From Faecousia sp. (lineage in GTDB: Bacteria > Bacillota > Clostridia > Oscillospirales > Oscillospiraceae), in NCBI GenBank assembly GCA_045540155.1, contig JAZQGT010000050.1:16493-80492 (forward strand): a stretch of 64,000 nucleotides of DNA, in the 5' to 3' direction. The notes beneath the pieces were generated by a model. The model saw only the letters and a list, made by a program, of their open reading frames with translations, was not told the DNA's origin and ran no database searches. Made by a program: the position numbers and the translations under genes. Each line of letters opens with the position of its first letter. The first letter of the stretch is position 1. This document shows positions 37,517 to 47,601 of this stretch, piece by piece.

Positions 37517-38377
37517 TTACATTTTTTTGCGCGGGAGAAGTTCACTGCACAAAGCGCTTCCCAATATAAGCACTGCTCCCAACACTCCCTGCCAGCCAAG
37601 GGGCTCCCCCAGCCACAATGCCGACAGCAAAATCGCCGTCACCGGGTCAATGTAGCTAAAAATCGCCACGCTTTGGGATGACAGGTGCCCCATTGAACCA
37701 AAGTACAGCCAATAGGCAAGTCCCGTGTGGACAATGCCAACCAATGCCAGTGCCAAATAGCCGCCCATATCCATTCCGGACATGTCAAAGCCCCGGGTCA
37801 GCAGACAGTAGGGCAAAATAACCGCTGCAGCCGTACCCAACTGCACCACTGTTTTATCGTAAGCAGAGATTTCTCCCAGCTTCTTATTCAAAAACATTAC
37901 CATTGCATACAGCACCGCCGCCCCCACAGCAAAGGCAATCCCTTTGCCGCCGGACACACCGCCCCGGAGCGCCCCCGACACAAGCACCATGCCCACCAAA
38001 GCCGTACCGGAAAGCAGGAGCTTTCTGCCTGTCAGCCGTTCTCCCAACAGGGGCGATGCCAGTACCAGGAACACCGGTGCCAGATAATAGCATATAGTCG
38101 CGGTAGCAACAGTGGTATGCTTGTAGGCTTCAAACAGCAATATCCAGTTGCACCCCAATGACGCACCGGACAGCAGCAGCACTGCCGCATTTTTCCGTAT
38201 ACTATGCCTGTCCGGCTTTTTCCCCGTCATTGCCATCACAGCCAGCAAAAAGATCAGCCCCAGTACACCCCGGAAGAAAGCAACAGTAGCCGATGGCAGC
38301 GGAATATGGCGTACAAAAATGCCCACTGAGCCGAAAATCGCCATGGCGGTCAACATTCTGCCCTTTGCTCCGTTCAT
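37517..38377 (-). CDS. DMT/EamA family transporter
   Basis: 10 TM helices in two EamA repeats; YLAPVF, LGERL, SYIDPVTAILLS. Confidence 0.88.
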   Translation of the reverse strand: MNGAKGRMLTAMAIFGSVGIFVRHIPLPSATVAFFRGVLGLIFLLAVMAMTGKKPDRHSIRKNAAVLLLSGASLGCNWILLFEAYKHTTVATATICYYLAPVFLVLASPLLGERLTGRKLLLSGTALVGMVLVSGALRGGVSGGKGIAFAVGAAVLYAMVMFLNKKLGEISAYDKTVVQLGTAAAVILPYCLLTRGFDMSGMDMGGYLALALVGIVHTGLAYWLYFGSMGHLSSQSVAIFSYIDPVTAILLSALWLGEPLGWQGVLGAVLILGSALCSELLPRKKM

Positions 38378-38378
38378 C

Positions 38379-38966
38379 TCATTTCCCCCATTCAGGATAA
38401 GCCTCAAACCGCCGCACTTCCCCTTTGTAGGGAAAGGATACACAGCAGGAATACAGCATGGGCGCAGTAAGCGCGTCCCGGCTGCCATACTTATGGTCAC
38501 CCACCAGAGGATACCCCCGGCTGGAAAACTGCGCGCGGATTTGATGGCTTCTGCCGGTGTACAGCCGAATCCGCACCAGACTCTTCTCCCCCGGGAGCAG
38601 GCATTGATAGGTCAGCCGGGCAGCCTTTACGCCGGCACGCTGCCGCTTCACCACAAACACCTTATTCTTCCGGCTGTCCTTAAACAGCAGGTCCTGCCAA
38701 TCCCCGTCAGGAGGCGGTGTTCCGTGGACCAATGCCACGTATTCCTTCACAAACAAGCCGTCCGCAATAGCTTTGGACAGGGTCGCTGCCGCCGCTTTAT
38801 TCCGGGCGAAAACCATCACGCCGCCCACATTCTGATCCAATCGGTGCAGGGGGTACACCGCCCCGCCTAACTGCTCCTGCAGCTGCGACGGCACCTGGTG
38901 CTCAGAATCCAGCCCCACCGGCTTGATGCACACGGCAAAATCCTCGTTCACATACAGCAGTTCCAC
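38379..38966 (-). CDS. RluA-family pseudouridine synthase
   Basis: KPVGLDS, HRLDQNVGG (catalytic Asp), TGRSHQIR, PLVGDHKYG. Confidence 0.9.
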   Translation of the reverse strand: MELLYVNEDFAVCIKPVGLDSEHQVPSQLQEQLGGAVYPLHRLDQNVGGVMVFARNKAAAATLSKAIADGLFVKEYVALVHGTPPPDGDWQDLLFKDSRKNKVFVVKRQRAGVKAARLTYQCLLPGEKSLVRIRLYTGRSHQIRAQFSSRGYPLVGDHKYGSRDALTAPMLYSCCVSFPYKGEVRRFEAYPEWGK

Positions 38967-39074
38967 CCCGTCACCTCCTTTTTTATTCAGTATACCAAAC
39001 TTTCCTCCAATGTCAATTTATGTTGAATTTTTCACCGTTTTCTGTATAATGAAACCAGACAAGGAGGATTGACC

Positions 39075-40826
39075 ATGACCACAAAGGATTTTCAGGAAAA
39101 GAGACCGCTGGTCATTTTTCTGCGCTATTTCAGAAACCACAAAAAGCTGTTTGCCTTGGACGTGCTGTGCGCGTGCCTGATTGCCGGTATTGATTTGACC
39201 TTCCCGCTGGTGACCCGCAGCGCTCTGTACGATATGCTGCCCGGTCAGATGTACAAGACCTTTTTCATTGTGATGGGGGCAGTGGTGGTCTGCTATCTGC
39301 TGCGCTCTGTGCTGAATTATATCGTTGCTTACTTCGGTCACATGTTCGGCGTGCGGGTGGAGGCGGATATCCGTCAGGATTTGTTCCGGCACATGCAGAC
39401 CCTCAGCTTTGATTTTTACGACAAAAACCGCACCGGTAAGCTGATGTCCCGGCTGACTTCCGACCTGTTTGAACTGGTGGAGCTGGCCCACCACGGCCCG
39501 GAGGATTTGATCACCTCCTCCCTGACCATTGTGGGCGCGCTGATTGTAATGGGTTCCATTCAGTGGCAGCTGGCTGTCATCGTGCTGCTGATGATTCCCG
39601 TATTCCTGACGCTGGTAATGTGTATGCGCCGCCGCATGAGCCGCGCCTCTGCAGCCTCCAAAGAGACCACCGGTCACATCAATCAGGAGATTGAGTCCAG
39701 CCTGTCCGGCGTGCGCACCGCAAAAGCCTTTGCCAATGAAGAGGCGGAAAGCCGCCGTTTTGATGCTGCCAACACGGTTTTCAAAACCGCCAAACGGGAA
39801 TTTTACAAGGCTATGGGGCTGTTCCACAGCTCTGTGGAATTCTTTCTGTGCAGTCTGAATGTGGTGGTCATCGGTGTGGGCGGCTATTACGTCATGCGGG
39901 GCGAGATGGACTATCGGGACTTGGTCACTTTCTGTCTGTACATCACCTCTTTTGTGGGGCCCATGCGGAAATTATCCAGCTTCTCCGAGCTGTTTGCCAA
40001 CGGCTTTGCGGGACTGAAACGGTTTATTGAAATTATGCGCATGGAGCCCACCGTCAAGGATAAGCCCCACGCGCCGGCGCTTCAAAATGTACAGGGCGCC
40101 ATTTCAGTGGAGGATGTTTCCTTTGCCTACGGAAACGATTTGGATGTGCTCCACAACGTGAGTCTGGAGGTTGCTCCCGGGGAAACCGTGGCGATTGTAG
40201 GCCCCTCCGGCGGCGGCAAGACCACGTTATGTCAACTAATTCCCCGGTTTTACGATGTATCCTCCGGCACAATCCGCATTGACGGCAGAGATATCCGGGA
40301 GGTAACCCAAAAATCCATTCATCAGAACATTGGCATTGTGCAGCAGGAGGTATTCCTGTTTGCCGACACCATTTTTGAAAATATCCGCTACGGCAAACCC
40401 GATGCCACCATGGACGAGGTCATTGCCGCTGCCAAAAAAGCGGAAATCTATGAAGATATTCTTGCCATGCCCCAAGGCTTCCAAACCTATGTGGGCGAGC
40501 GGGGTACGTTGCTGTCCGGCGGACAGAAGCAGCGGGTAGCCATTGCCCGGATTTTTCTGAAAAATCCGCCCATACTGATTCTGGATGAAGCCACTTCTGC
40601 GCTGGATTCGGTAACCGAGGCCAAAATCCAGCGGGCCTTTGACGCCCTGTCCCAGGGGCGTACCACGCTGATTATCGCCCACCGGCTGTCCACCATTCGA
40701 GCAGCGCAGCGGATTGTATCCATCGCCGACGGCGTAATCACCGAATGCGGCACCCACGATGAGCTGATGCAGAAGGACGGCATCTACGCCAAGCTGTACC
40801 ACACCCAAAATGCGCAATTCCATTAA
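39075..40826 (+). CDS. ABC exporter, fused permease/ATPase (MsbA/Sav1866-like)
   Basis: N-terminal TMD; GPSGGGKT, LSGGQKQR, ILDEATSALD, IAHRLSTI. Confidence 0.93.
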   Translation: MTTKDFQEKRPLVIFLRYFRNHKKLFALDVLCACLIAGIDLTFPLVTRSALYDMLPGQMYKTFFIVMGAVVVCYLLRSVLNYIVAYFGHMFGVRVEADIRQDLFRHMQTLSFDFYDKNRTGKLMSRLTSDLFELVELAHHGPEDLITSSLTIVGALIVMGSIQWQLAVIVLLMIPVFLTLVMCMRRRMSRASAASKETTGHINQEIESSLSGVRTAKAFANEEAESRRFDAANTVFKTAKREFYKAMGLFHSSVEFFLCSLNVVVIGVGGYYVMRGEMDYRDLVTFCLYITSFVGPMRKLSSFSELFANGFAGLKRFIEIMRMEPTVKDKPHAPALQNVQGAISVEDVSFAYGNDLDVLHNVSLEVAPGETVAIVGPSGGGKTTLCQLIPRFYDVSSGTIRIDGRDIREVTQKSIHQNIGIVQQEVFLFADTIFENIRYGKPDATMDEVIAAAKKAEIYEDILAMPQGFQTYVGERGTLLSGGQKQRVAIARIFLKNPPILILDEATSALDSVTEAKIQRAFDALSQGRTTLIIAHRLSTIRAAQRIVSIADGVITECGTHDELMQKDGIYAKLYHTQNAQFH

Positions 40827-40883
40827 ATCCGAAAAATTCCCCTTGCTATTTTCAGAAAGATAGTGTATACTGTTGGGGTGCCT

Positions 40884-40970
40884 GCCGGTGTGATGGAATT
40901 GGTAGACGTAGTGGACTCAAAATCCACCGATGGCGACATCGTGCCGGTTCGAGTCCGGCCACCGGCACCA
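40884..40970 (+). tRNA. tRNA-Leu (CAA)
   Basis: GCCGGTGTGATGGAATTGGTAGACGTAGTGGACTCAAAATCCACCG...GGTTCGAGTCCGGCCACCGGCACCA; long variable arm. Confidence 0.96.
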
Positions 40971-41110
40971 AAGCCCTAAAGGCAACAGCCTTTGGGGCTT
41001 TACTTATTACCTCTTCACTCTTCACTTTTCAATAAAAATGCCTTTAGGGCTTTGAAGTAATAAGTAATAGTGAATAGTGAAGAAGTTGTGGTATCCGCTT
41101 CGCGGATGAT
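40970..41110. repeat. Nested inverted repeats with heptamer-like tandem units downstream of tRNA-Leu
   Basis: AAAGCCCTAAAGGCA...TGCCTTTAGGGCTTT; TACTTATTAC/CTCTTCACTCTTCAC versus GTAATAAGTAATAGTGAATAGTGAAG; ATCCGC-TTC-GCGGAT. Confidence 0.6.
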
Positions 41111-41307
41111 TTATAATTCGTTATTTAAGGGAATATACTGTTATTCGATTGCAAAAAAAGAAATGTCCGACTAACGTCATACTCGAAAAATTCCCGCTGT
41201 GCTTTAGTTATCTCCCAAGCGGCGTTATTGATTTGCGGTGATTGAGAATATATAATGATAGTCAGAAAGCGCGCCTTCTAAATCACAAAATGAAGGAGGA
41301 AAAAACG

Positions 41308-42480
41308 ATGACAGAACTCAGAATTCCTGAGGTCATTCTCCGCGAAAGACGAAAAAAAGGTCTCACCCAAGAAGAGCTTGCTGCTCAACTGAGTGTTTCC
41401 CCCCAGTCTATATCCAACTGGGAACGGGGCGGATATCCGGATATCACCCTGCTTCCCCGTATTGCTAACTTTTTTGGCATTTCCGTTGATGAACTCATCG
41501 GAAATGACGAAACCAACCGCAAAGAAGATATTGAAGATTTCTGCAAGAGATTCTGGTCCATCACAGAAACCAAGCAGGGTTTTGCTGATCGACTTTCCCT
41601 TGCCAAGGAATACTATCAAAAATACCCCGGTGACTATGAGATCATGCACGCACTGGGTTATGCAATTGTGAATAATATGGAAACCATTGCCCAGGATGCA
41701 GATCTGATGAAGGAAATTCACGAAAAGATTATGGCAGGGTGTACAGACGAAGGATACCGCCGCGATTCCATCCATTATATGTGCTATGCCTGTACTGATG
41801 AGGAACTTGAAGACCGTATTGGGAACAGCGAACTTAGCTGGTCCGAAGCAGTAGCAATCGGTGAAATCCGTGAGGATAGATATCTTTTGCAGGACCGCAT
41901 CCCGGAATACTACAGCCAGCGCAATTCCAACGATCTTTTGATTTTTATGCAGTATATTGGGCGTAATAACATGAATTACTACAAAAAAGAAGATGCCTTT
42001 GTGTTTGCCGAACCGAAACGGACTGCTGCGTGGGAACTTCATAAATTGCGTCTGCTGGAAAGTTTTTCAGATAACGGAGAGATCCCAGAAGCATGGAGTG
42101 GCTGCTATGCCGAGTTTACGCTGAAAGCAGCAGGTGCACTGATCGGCTGTGGAAAGATTGACGAGGGTTTTGCACTGCTGGAAAAAGCTTTTCCGCTATA
42201 TGAGCGTTGGCTGAAAATCCCTGTTGGGACCTTGATGGATGTAGGTTGTGATGCTGTTTTTGGCGGCGCAAAAATCACAAAGTTTGACAAAGAAAGCTGT
42301 ACGGTTCATGTTCATTTTCAGGACGGAAAAAAAGTGTGGACACCATATTTGTGGCTTTTCTGGCAACTTCCCGGAGACATTGCAGTAGCTATGGGCCAAT
42401 GGTGTTGGTTCAATAGCGTAAAAGAAGATAACAGATACAAGGAGCTGTACGCAAGAGCAAAGAAACTTGCTGGAAAGTAA
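41308..42480 (+). CDS. Xre-family HTH regulator with a long helical (TPR-like) C-terminal domain
   Basis: RERRKKGLTQEELAAQLSVSPQSISNWERGGYPDITLLPRIANFFGISVDELIG; RBS AAGGAGG; lower GC than its flanks. Confidence 0.85.
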   Translation: MTELRIPEVILRERRKKGLTQEELAAQLSVSPQSISNWERGGYPDITLLPRIANFFGISVDELIGNDETNRKEDIEDFCKRFWSITETKQGFADRLSLAKEYYQKYPGDYEIMHALGYAIVNNMETIAQDADLMKEIHEKIMAGCTDEGYRRDSIHYMCYACTDEELEDRIGNSELSWSEAVAIGEIREDRYLLQDRIPEYYSQRNSNDLLIFMQYIGRNNMNYYKKEDAFVFAEPKRTAAWELHKLRLLESFSDNGEIPEAWSGCYAEFTLKAAGALIGCGKIDEGFALLEKAFPLYERWLKIPVGTLMDVGCDAVFGGAKITKFDKESCTVHVHFQDGKKVWTPYLWLFWQLPGDIAVAMGQWCWFNSVKEDNRYKELYARAKKLAGK

Positions 42481-42739
42481 CGACTTTCTTTTCAGACTGA
42501 CGTGCCAGAAAAAGCATACCTTGGCGTGTTTTTTCAGTTATATTCGCCTTCGGGCAGTTTTTGGGCGAATACAATATCACCTCTGCTTTAGTAGAAATAT
42601 GACTATTATGAAAATATCACTCCGTCGCAAGGCGAAATATCACTAATAGTTAAGATAAAAGTGAATTACCGTCACCAAAAAAACGTTGGTATTACTCACT
42701 TTTTGCTTGAATCCCATAAGACAACCCATCCCAAATAAA

Positions 42740-42763
42740 AGAGAGAGGCTTTCGCCTCTCTCT
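42740..42763 (-). terminator. Terminator after the M13 peptidase gene
   Basis: AGAGAGAGGC-TTTC-GCCTCTCTCT with an A-tract on the plus strand. Confidence 0.7.
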
Positions 42764-42775
42764 TCTATTTTTATA

Positions 42776-44674
42776 TTACCAAATAACCACTCTCTTGGAG
42801 GGAGCAAGATACATACCGTCGGTCTTCTTCACATTGAAGGCAGCATACCATTCGGGGAAGTTTCTGGGGGGCATATTGGCCCGGAGGCAGGCAGGACCGT
42901 GAACATCCACCTGCAGAAGCAGCGCCCGATATTCAGGCTTTGCCTTCTGACACCACACCCTTGCCCAGTTTGTAAAGTACTCCGCAAAGGAAACACCCTC
43001 TGTTTGAGACATGATATCCAGCGTTACCGCCATACCGCCGTTGTCGGCAATGTTTTCGCTGACGGTGAACTTGCCGTTGACAGTACCCCAGGGCAGTTCA
43101 ATGCCATCAAACTGCTTTATCATAGCCTTGACCTTTTTATTAAACTTTCTCTCATCGGCCTTTGTCCACCAGTTGTTCAGGTTGCCCAGTTCGTCGCACT
43201 TGGCGCCGTTGGAGTCAAACGCATGGGAGATCTCATGGCCGATTACCGCGCCGATGCCGCCCAGATTCTCACTTCTGGTCTGATGGATAGAGTAGAAGGG
43301 CGGCTGCAAAATCGCTGCGGGGAAAGTAATGTCATTGACAAAGGGATCATAACAGGCGTTTACCATGTGCCCGGGCATTGCCCAGTGCGTGCGATCCACA
43401 ACCGCACCCAACTTCGCAAAATTATCCTCCATGCGGATTCTTCTCAGAGCGGACACGATATCAAAGAGGGATTTGCTCTCGTCGAACACTAACTTATCAT
43501 AAAGCGCTTCCACCCGATCGGGATAACCCAGTTTCAAACCCATCTTGGAAAGTTTCAGGATTGCCTTCTCCTTGGTGGCAGGCTCCAGAATATCATTGCT
43601 TTCAATCCGTTTCTGATAGGTGGCAACGATCTGCCGGACGATCTCGGTAATATCCTTCTTGGCTTCCTCGCCAAAGTATTTTTCACCGTAGTACAGACCA
43701 ACAGGCTCACTGTACATTCCGGAAGAGAGCTGATAGGCAAACTTCTCGGGAGAAGAAACCGCGGCAATGCCGGAGATCGCTCTGCGGAAAGCGCCGCCCA
43801 AATCACGCAGCTCCTCGGACAGCAGCGAGCAGCTGCCCACCAGCGTAACCACATAGGCCCAGTTTTTGTACATTTCAAAGGTATCCTGATTGAATACTTC
43901 CCTGAAGTTCTTGAAATAGCGTGGCTCGGCGACGATGATCTCTTCGGGCACAAAGCCAAACAGGTCGGAAAGCAGCTTCTTCAGGTTCAACGGCTTCACC
44001 ATGCCTGCCACGCGCCCGGTTTTCATGGGGTTGTACATCTTGGTGTACTCAGACCACTCCTCGCTGCTCTTGACATACTTCGCAACCAAGGCGTCAAAAG
44101 CCAGTGTGTCCCTGATCAGAACATCACATTCTTCCTCGCAGTGGCCTGCGTGAGCCAAAATCTGCCTTGCAAAACCGCTCCACAAAATCAGCAGCTGCTC
44201 TTTTTGCTGTTCCTTTCCTTCCTTGTAATAGGAAGCATCGGGCAGGATCACGCTGGGGCCCTGGACCATCACGCAGTGGTGGGTAGTATCCTTCATATTG
44301 GGCTCCACCGCAATGCTGATGGGCATAGCAATCCCCTTTAACAGAAGCTCCTTTGTGTGGAGATTGTAGCCACGCAGGGTGCTGAGTTTTTTGAGAATAG
44401 CCAGGTTCTTGAGTGCCGGTTTCATTCCGTGTTTTTTCTTTCTTTTCACATCCTTTGCCAGAGCAAACAGTGTGCAGGCTCTTGCAAGGTGGTCGTTGGG
44501 GTATGCTGCTTCTTTGCACATGGCATTGAATTCGCCGATCATCAGCTTTTCCACATCGTCGCGAAGGGCGGCAAAACCGCCTGCCACGGGCATATCATCG
44601 GGAATCACCAATTCCTCCAGCTTTGCTTGGTTCACATAGGTATACAGGTCATCTTGAATTCTTATTTTTTCCAT
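42776..44674 (-). CDS. pepO: M13-family metalloendopeptidase (PepO/neprilysin-like)
   Basis: QDDLYTYVN, VNACY, FPAAILQPPFY, GHEISHAFD (HExxH), ENIADNGG, DVHGP. Confidence 0.92.
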   Translation of the reverse strand: MEKIRIQDDLYTYVNQAKLEELVIPDDMPVAGGFAALRDDVEKLMIGEFNAMCKEAAYPNDHLARACTLFALAKDVKRKKKHGMKPALKNLAILKKLSTLRGYNLHTKELLLKGIAMPISIAVEPNMKDTTHHCVMVQGPSVILPDASYYKEGKEQQKEQLLILWSGFARQILAHAGHCEEECDVLIRDTLAFDALVAKYVKSSEEWSEYTKMYNPMKTGRVAGMVKPLNLKKLLSDLFGFVPEEIIVAEPRYFKNFREVFNQDTFEMYKNWAYVVTLVGSCSLLSEELRDLGGAFRRAISGIAAVSSPEKFAYQLSSGMYSEPVGLYYGEKYFGEEAKKDITEIVRQIVATYQKRIESNDILEPATKEKAILKLSKMGLKLGYPDRVEALYDKLVFDESKSLFDIVSALRRIRMEDNFAKLGAVVDRTHWAMPGHMVNACYDPFVNDITFPAAILQPPFYSIHQTRSENLGGIGAVIGHEISHAFDSNGAKCDELGNLNNWWTKADERKFNKKVKAMIKQFDGIELPWGTVNGKFTVSENIADNGGMAVTLDIMSQTEGVSFAEYFTNWARVWCQKAKPEYRALLLQVDVHGPACLRANMPPRNFPEWYAAFNVKKTDGMYLAPSKRVVIW

Positions 44675-44944
44675 AATTTTCTCCCTTACAGCAAAAGCAA
44701 TTATGATTTAGGATGTTTTCATTATACCAAAGCAAATAGATTTTGTAAATAGAAAGACAGAATCCGCCATGCGCCTTTCCCACAACGCGGGAAAGCCACG
44801 CCGCCGGCGACGAAGATACCGGAAACTGCAAAAACTAAATCGAGTCCACCGCCACTACCGAAATACAGATTCTTCAATTTCTCCGCTTTTCTTTTTTCAA
44901 CAACTGTGATATGATAACAAAAATGTGCAAAAGGAGGGGCTGTC

Positions 44945-45691
44945 ATGACGCTGGCGCAGTTTTTTGCGAAGAATCCTAAGGTTGCCGTGGCTTTTTCCGG
45001 CGGCGTGGACTCCGCCTATCTTCTGTACGCTGCAAAGGACTGCGGCGCGCAGGTGCAGGCATACTATGTAAAGACCCCCTTTCAGCCCCGGTTTGAATAT
45101 GACGATGCGGTGCGTATGGCAGGACAGTTGAACATTCCTATGACTGCGCTGGAGCTTGACGTGCTGGCAGACCCCGCCATTGCCGCCAACCCCCACAACC
45201 GGTGCTATTTCTGCAAGTACAAGATATTCACCGCCATTGTGCAGCAAGCGGAAAAAGACGGCTTTCCGCTGGTTTTGGACGGAACAAACGCCAGCGACGA
45301 TACCGCTGACCGACCTGGAATGGCGGCGCTGCAGCAGCTGCAAATTTGCTCCCCTCTCCGGGAATGCGGTCTGACCAAGGAAAAAATCCGCTCCCTTTCC
45401 CAAGAAGCGGGGCTTTTCACCCACGACAAGCCGGCTTACGCCTGCCTTGCCACCCGGATTCCCATGGGGACACCCATCACGGAAGAACGGCTTTCCAAAA
45501 CCGAGCGTTGCGAAAGCTTCTTAAGAGAACTGGGATTCACGGATTTCCGCATCCGGCTTATGGATGCTGCCGCTAAAATTCAAGTAACCCAATCCCAAAT
45601 CCCCCTGTTGCTGCAGCACCGGGAAGTGATTTTTGCAGAGCTGAAAAAAGATTACGATGCGGTCCTTTTGGACCTGGAGGTACGCCAATGA
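44945..45691 (+). CDS. larE: ATP-dependent sulfur transferase LarE
   Basis: AFSGGVDS PP-loop, RCYFCK, DGTNASD..RPG, ACLATRIP. Confidence 0.92.
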   Translation: MTLAQFFAKNPKVAVAFSGGVDSAYLLYAAKDCGAQVQAYYVKTPFQPRFEYDDAVRMAGQLNIPMTALELDVLADPAIAANPHNRCYFCKYKIFTAIVQQAEKDGFPLVLDGTNASDDTADRPGMAALQQLQICSPLRECGLTKEKIRSLSQEAGLFTHDKPAYACLATRIPMGTPITEERLSKTERCESFLRELGFTDFRIRLMDAAAKIQVTQSQIPLLLQHREVIFAELKKDYDAVLLDLEVRQ

Positions 45692-46443
45692 ACACGGATA
45701 TCAGAGCATTGCTGCAAGGGGTGCGCAGCGGCAGTGTCAGCGTGGATGATGCCCTTTTGACCCTGAAACAGCAGCCCTTTGCGGATTTGGGCTATGCCAA
45801 GGTGGATTTGCACCGACCGGTGCGGCAGGGCGCCAATGAAGTGATTTACGGCGCAGGCAAGACCCCGGAGCAAATTTGCGGCATTCTGGACGCCATGGCG
45901 CAGAACGGGCAGAAAAATGTGCTCATTACCCGTCTGGACCCAGAAAAGGCCGCTGCCATCGGGGAAAAGCTCCCCATTACCTATTATGAAAACGCCCGGG
46001 TCGCCGTTGCGGGAAAAATGGCCGAACCGGGCAACTGCGGCACCATTGTGGTAGCCACCGGCGGCACCAGCGACATTCCCGTAGCCGAAGAAGCGGCGCT
46101 TACCGCCGAATTTTTGGGAAATACCGTGGTGCGGCTGTATGACGTGGGCGTTGCCGGTCTGCATCGGCTATTGAACCACTCGGAAGAATTAATGGGCGCC
46201 AATGTGGTAATTGCCATTGCGGGTATGGAAGGCGCCCTTGCCAGCGTGGTAGGCGGACTTGTGGACTGTCCGGTGATTGCCGTGCCCACCAGTGTGGGAT
46301 ACGGCGCTGCATTTGAAGGACTGGCGGCGCTGCTGTCCATGCTCAATTCCTGCGCCAGCGGTGTGTCCGTGGTGAACATCGACAACGGCTTCGGCGCAGG
46401 CTACCTAGCAAGTATGATTAACCACATGGGAGGCGGCAAATGA
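45688..46443 (+). CDS. larB: Nickel-pincer cofactor biosynthesis protein LarB
   Basis: EVIYGAGKT, TGGTSDIPVAEEA, DVGVAGLHRL, AGMEGALASV, PTSVGYG, VNIDNGFGA. Confidence 0.95.
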   Translation: MNTDIRALLQGVRSGSVSVDDALLTLKQQPFADLGYAKVDLHRPVRQGANEVIYGAGKTPEQICGILDAMAQNGQKNVLITRLDPEKAAAIGEKLPITYYENARVAVAGKMAEPGNCGTIVVATGGTSDIPVAEEAALTAEFLGNTVVRLYDVGVAGLHRLLNHSEELMGANVVIAIAGMEGALASVVGGLVDCPVIAVPTSVGYGAAFEGLAALLSMLNSCASGVSVVNIDNGFGAGYLASMINHMGGGK

Positions 46444-47588
46444 AAACACTCTACCTAGATTGCAGTATGGGCGCAGCGGGAGATATGCTCACCGGGGCGC
46501 TTCTGGAGCTGTTCCCCAACCCGGCGGAAGTTCTGCAGGAGCTGAACGCCTTGGGTCTGCCCGGCGTTACCTTTATGGCGGAGAAAAGCACCAAATGCGG
46601 CATCACCGGCACCCAAATCCGGGTACTGATAGACGGTGACGAGGAGGGGCAGCCCCTCCGCCATCACCATAGCGGTATGGAAGACATTGCCCATATTGTC
46701 AGCCACCTGCAGCTCCCCCCCGCTGTCCGCAGTCATGTCCTGGAAATTTACACACTGATTGCCCAAGCCGAGAGCAAAGTACACGGCGAACCGGTTATGC
46801 AGATCCATTTCCACGAGGTGGGCGCTATGGATGCGGTGGCGGATATCACTGCCGTTTGCTATCTCCTTGACAAGCTGGGAGTGGGCGAAATTTACGCCTC
46901 CCCTGTCCATGTAGGCAGCGGACAGGTACGCTGCGCCCACGGCATTCTTCCCGTTCCCGCACCGGCAACGGCAGAAATTTTACAGGGTGTCCCCATTTAC
47001 GGCGGGGAAATCAAGGGCGAGCTGTGTACCCCCACCGGCGCGGCGCTGCTGAAACATTATGTAAACCAATTTGGCAGTATGCCTGTCATGGAGACCGCCT
47101 CCATCGGCTACGGCATGGGCAAGAAGGATTTTGACGCTCCCAACTGTGTCCGGGCAATGCTGGGCGCTGCCGCCGGGCAGACGGATGACGTATTGGAGCT
47201 ATCCTGCAATTTAGACGACATAACCGGCGAAGCCATCGGCTTTGCCACGGAGGAGCTGTTAAACAGCGGCGCATTGGATGTGTGGACCACCCCCATCGCC
47301 ATGAAGAAGAACCGCCCGGGAATTCTGCTGACAGTGCTGTGCCGCGTTAATGACAGAGAAAAATTCCTATCTCTTATTTTTCGCCACACCACCACCCTGG
47401 GCGTGCGGGAAAACCGCCTGCATCGCTATACCCTCACCCGCAGAACCGAAACTGTGCAGACCCCCTACGGCCCTGTGCGGCAGAAGATTGCCGCCGGCTA
47501 CGGTGTAGAACGGAAAAAATACGAATACGAGGATATTGCCCGGCTTGCCCGGGAAAACGATTTATCCTTGAAGAATATTACGGAATAA
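46440..47588 (+). CDS. larC: Nickel-pincer cofactor biosynthesis protein LarC (single ORF, C1+C2)
   Basis: GAAGDM, HHH, HFHEVGAMD, CAHGILPVPAPAT, ELCTPTGAA, CNLDD, MKKNRPG, TTTLGVR, EYED. Confidence 0.95.
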   Translation: MKTLYLDCSMGAAGDMLTGALLELFPNPAEVLQELNALGLPGVTFMAEKSTKCGITGTQIRVLIDGDEEGQPLRHHHSGMEDIAHIVSHLQLPPAVRSHVLEIYTLIAQAESKVHGEPVMQIHFHEVGAMDAVADITAVCYLLDKLGVGEIYASPVHVGSGQVRCAHGILPVPAPATAEILQGVPIYGGEIKGELCTPTGAALLKHYVNQFGSMPVMETASIGYGMGKKDFDAPNCVRAMLGAAAGQTDDVLELSCNLDDITGEAIGFATEELLNSGALDVWTTPIAMKKNRPGILLTVLCRVNDREKFLSLIFRHTTTLGVRENRLHRYTLTRRTETVQTPYGPVRQKIAAGYGVERKKYEYEDIARLARENDLSLKNITE

Positions 47589-47601
47589 GGAGTAACTGGG
47601 T

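Noticed and set aside
40990-41090. CRISPR array
   Set aside because: The repeats are short, degenerate and lack unique regular spacers; there are no cas genes. The same applies to 42540-42650
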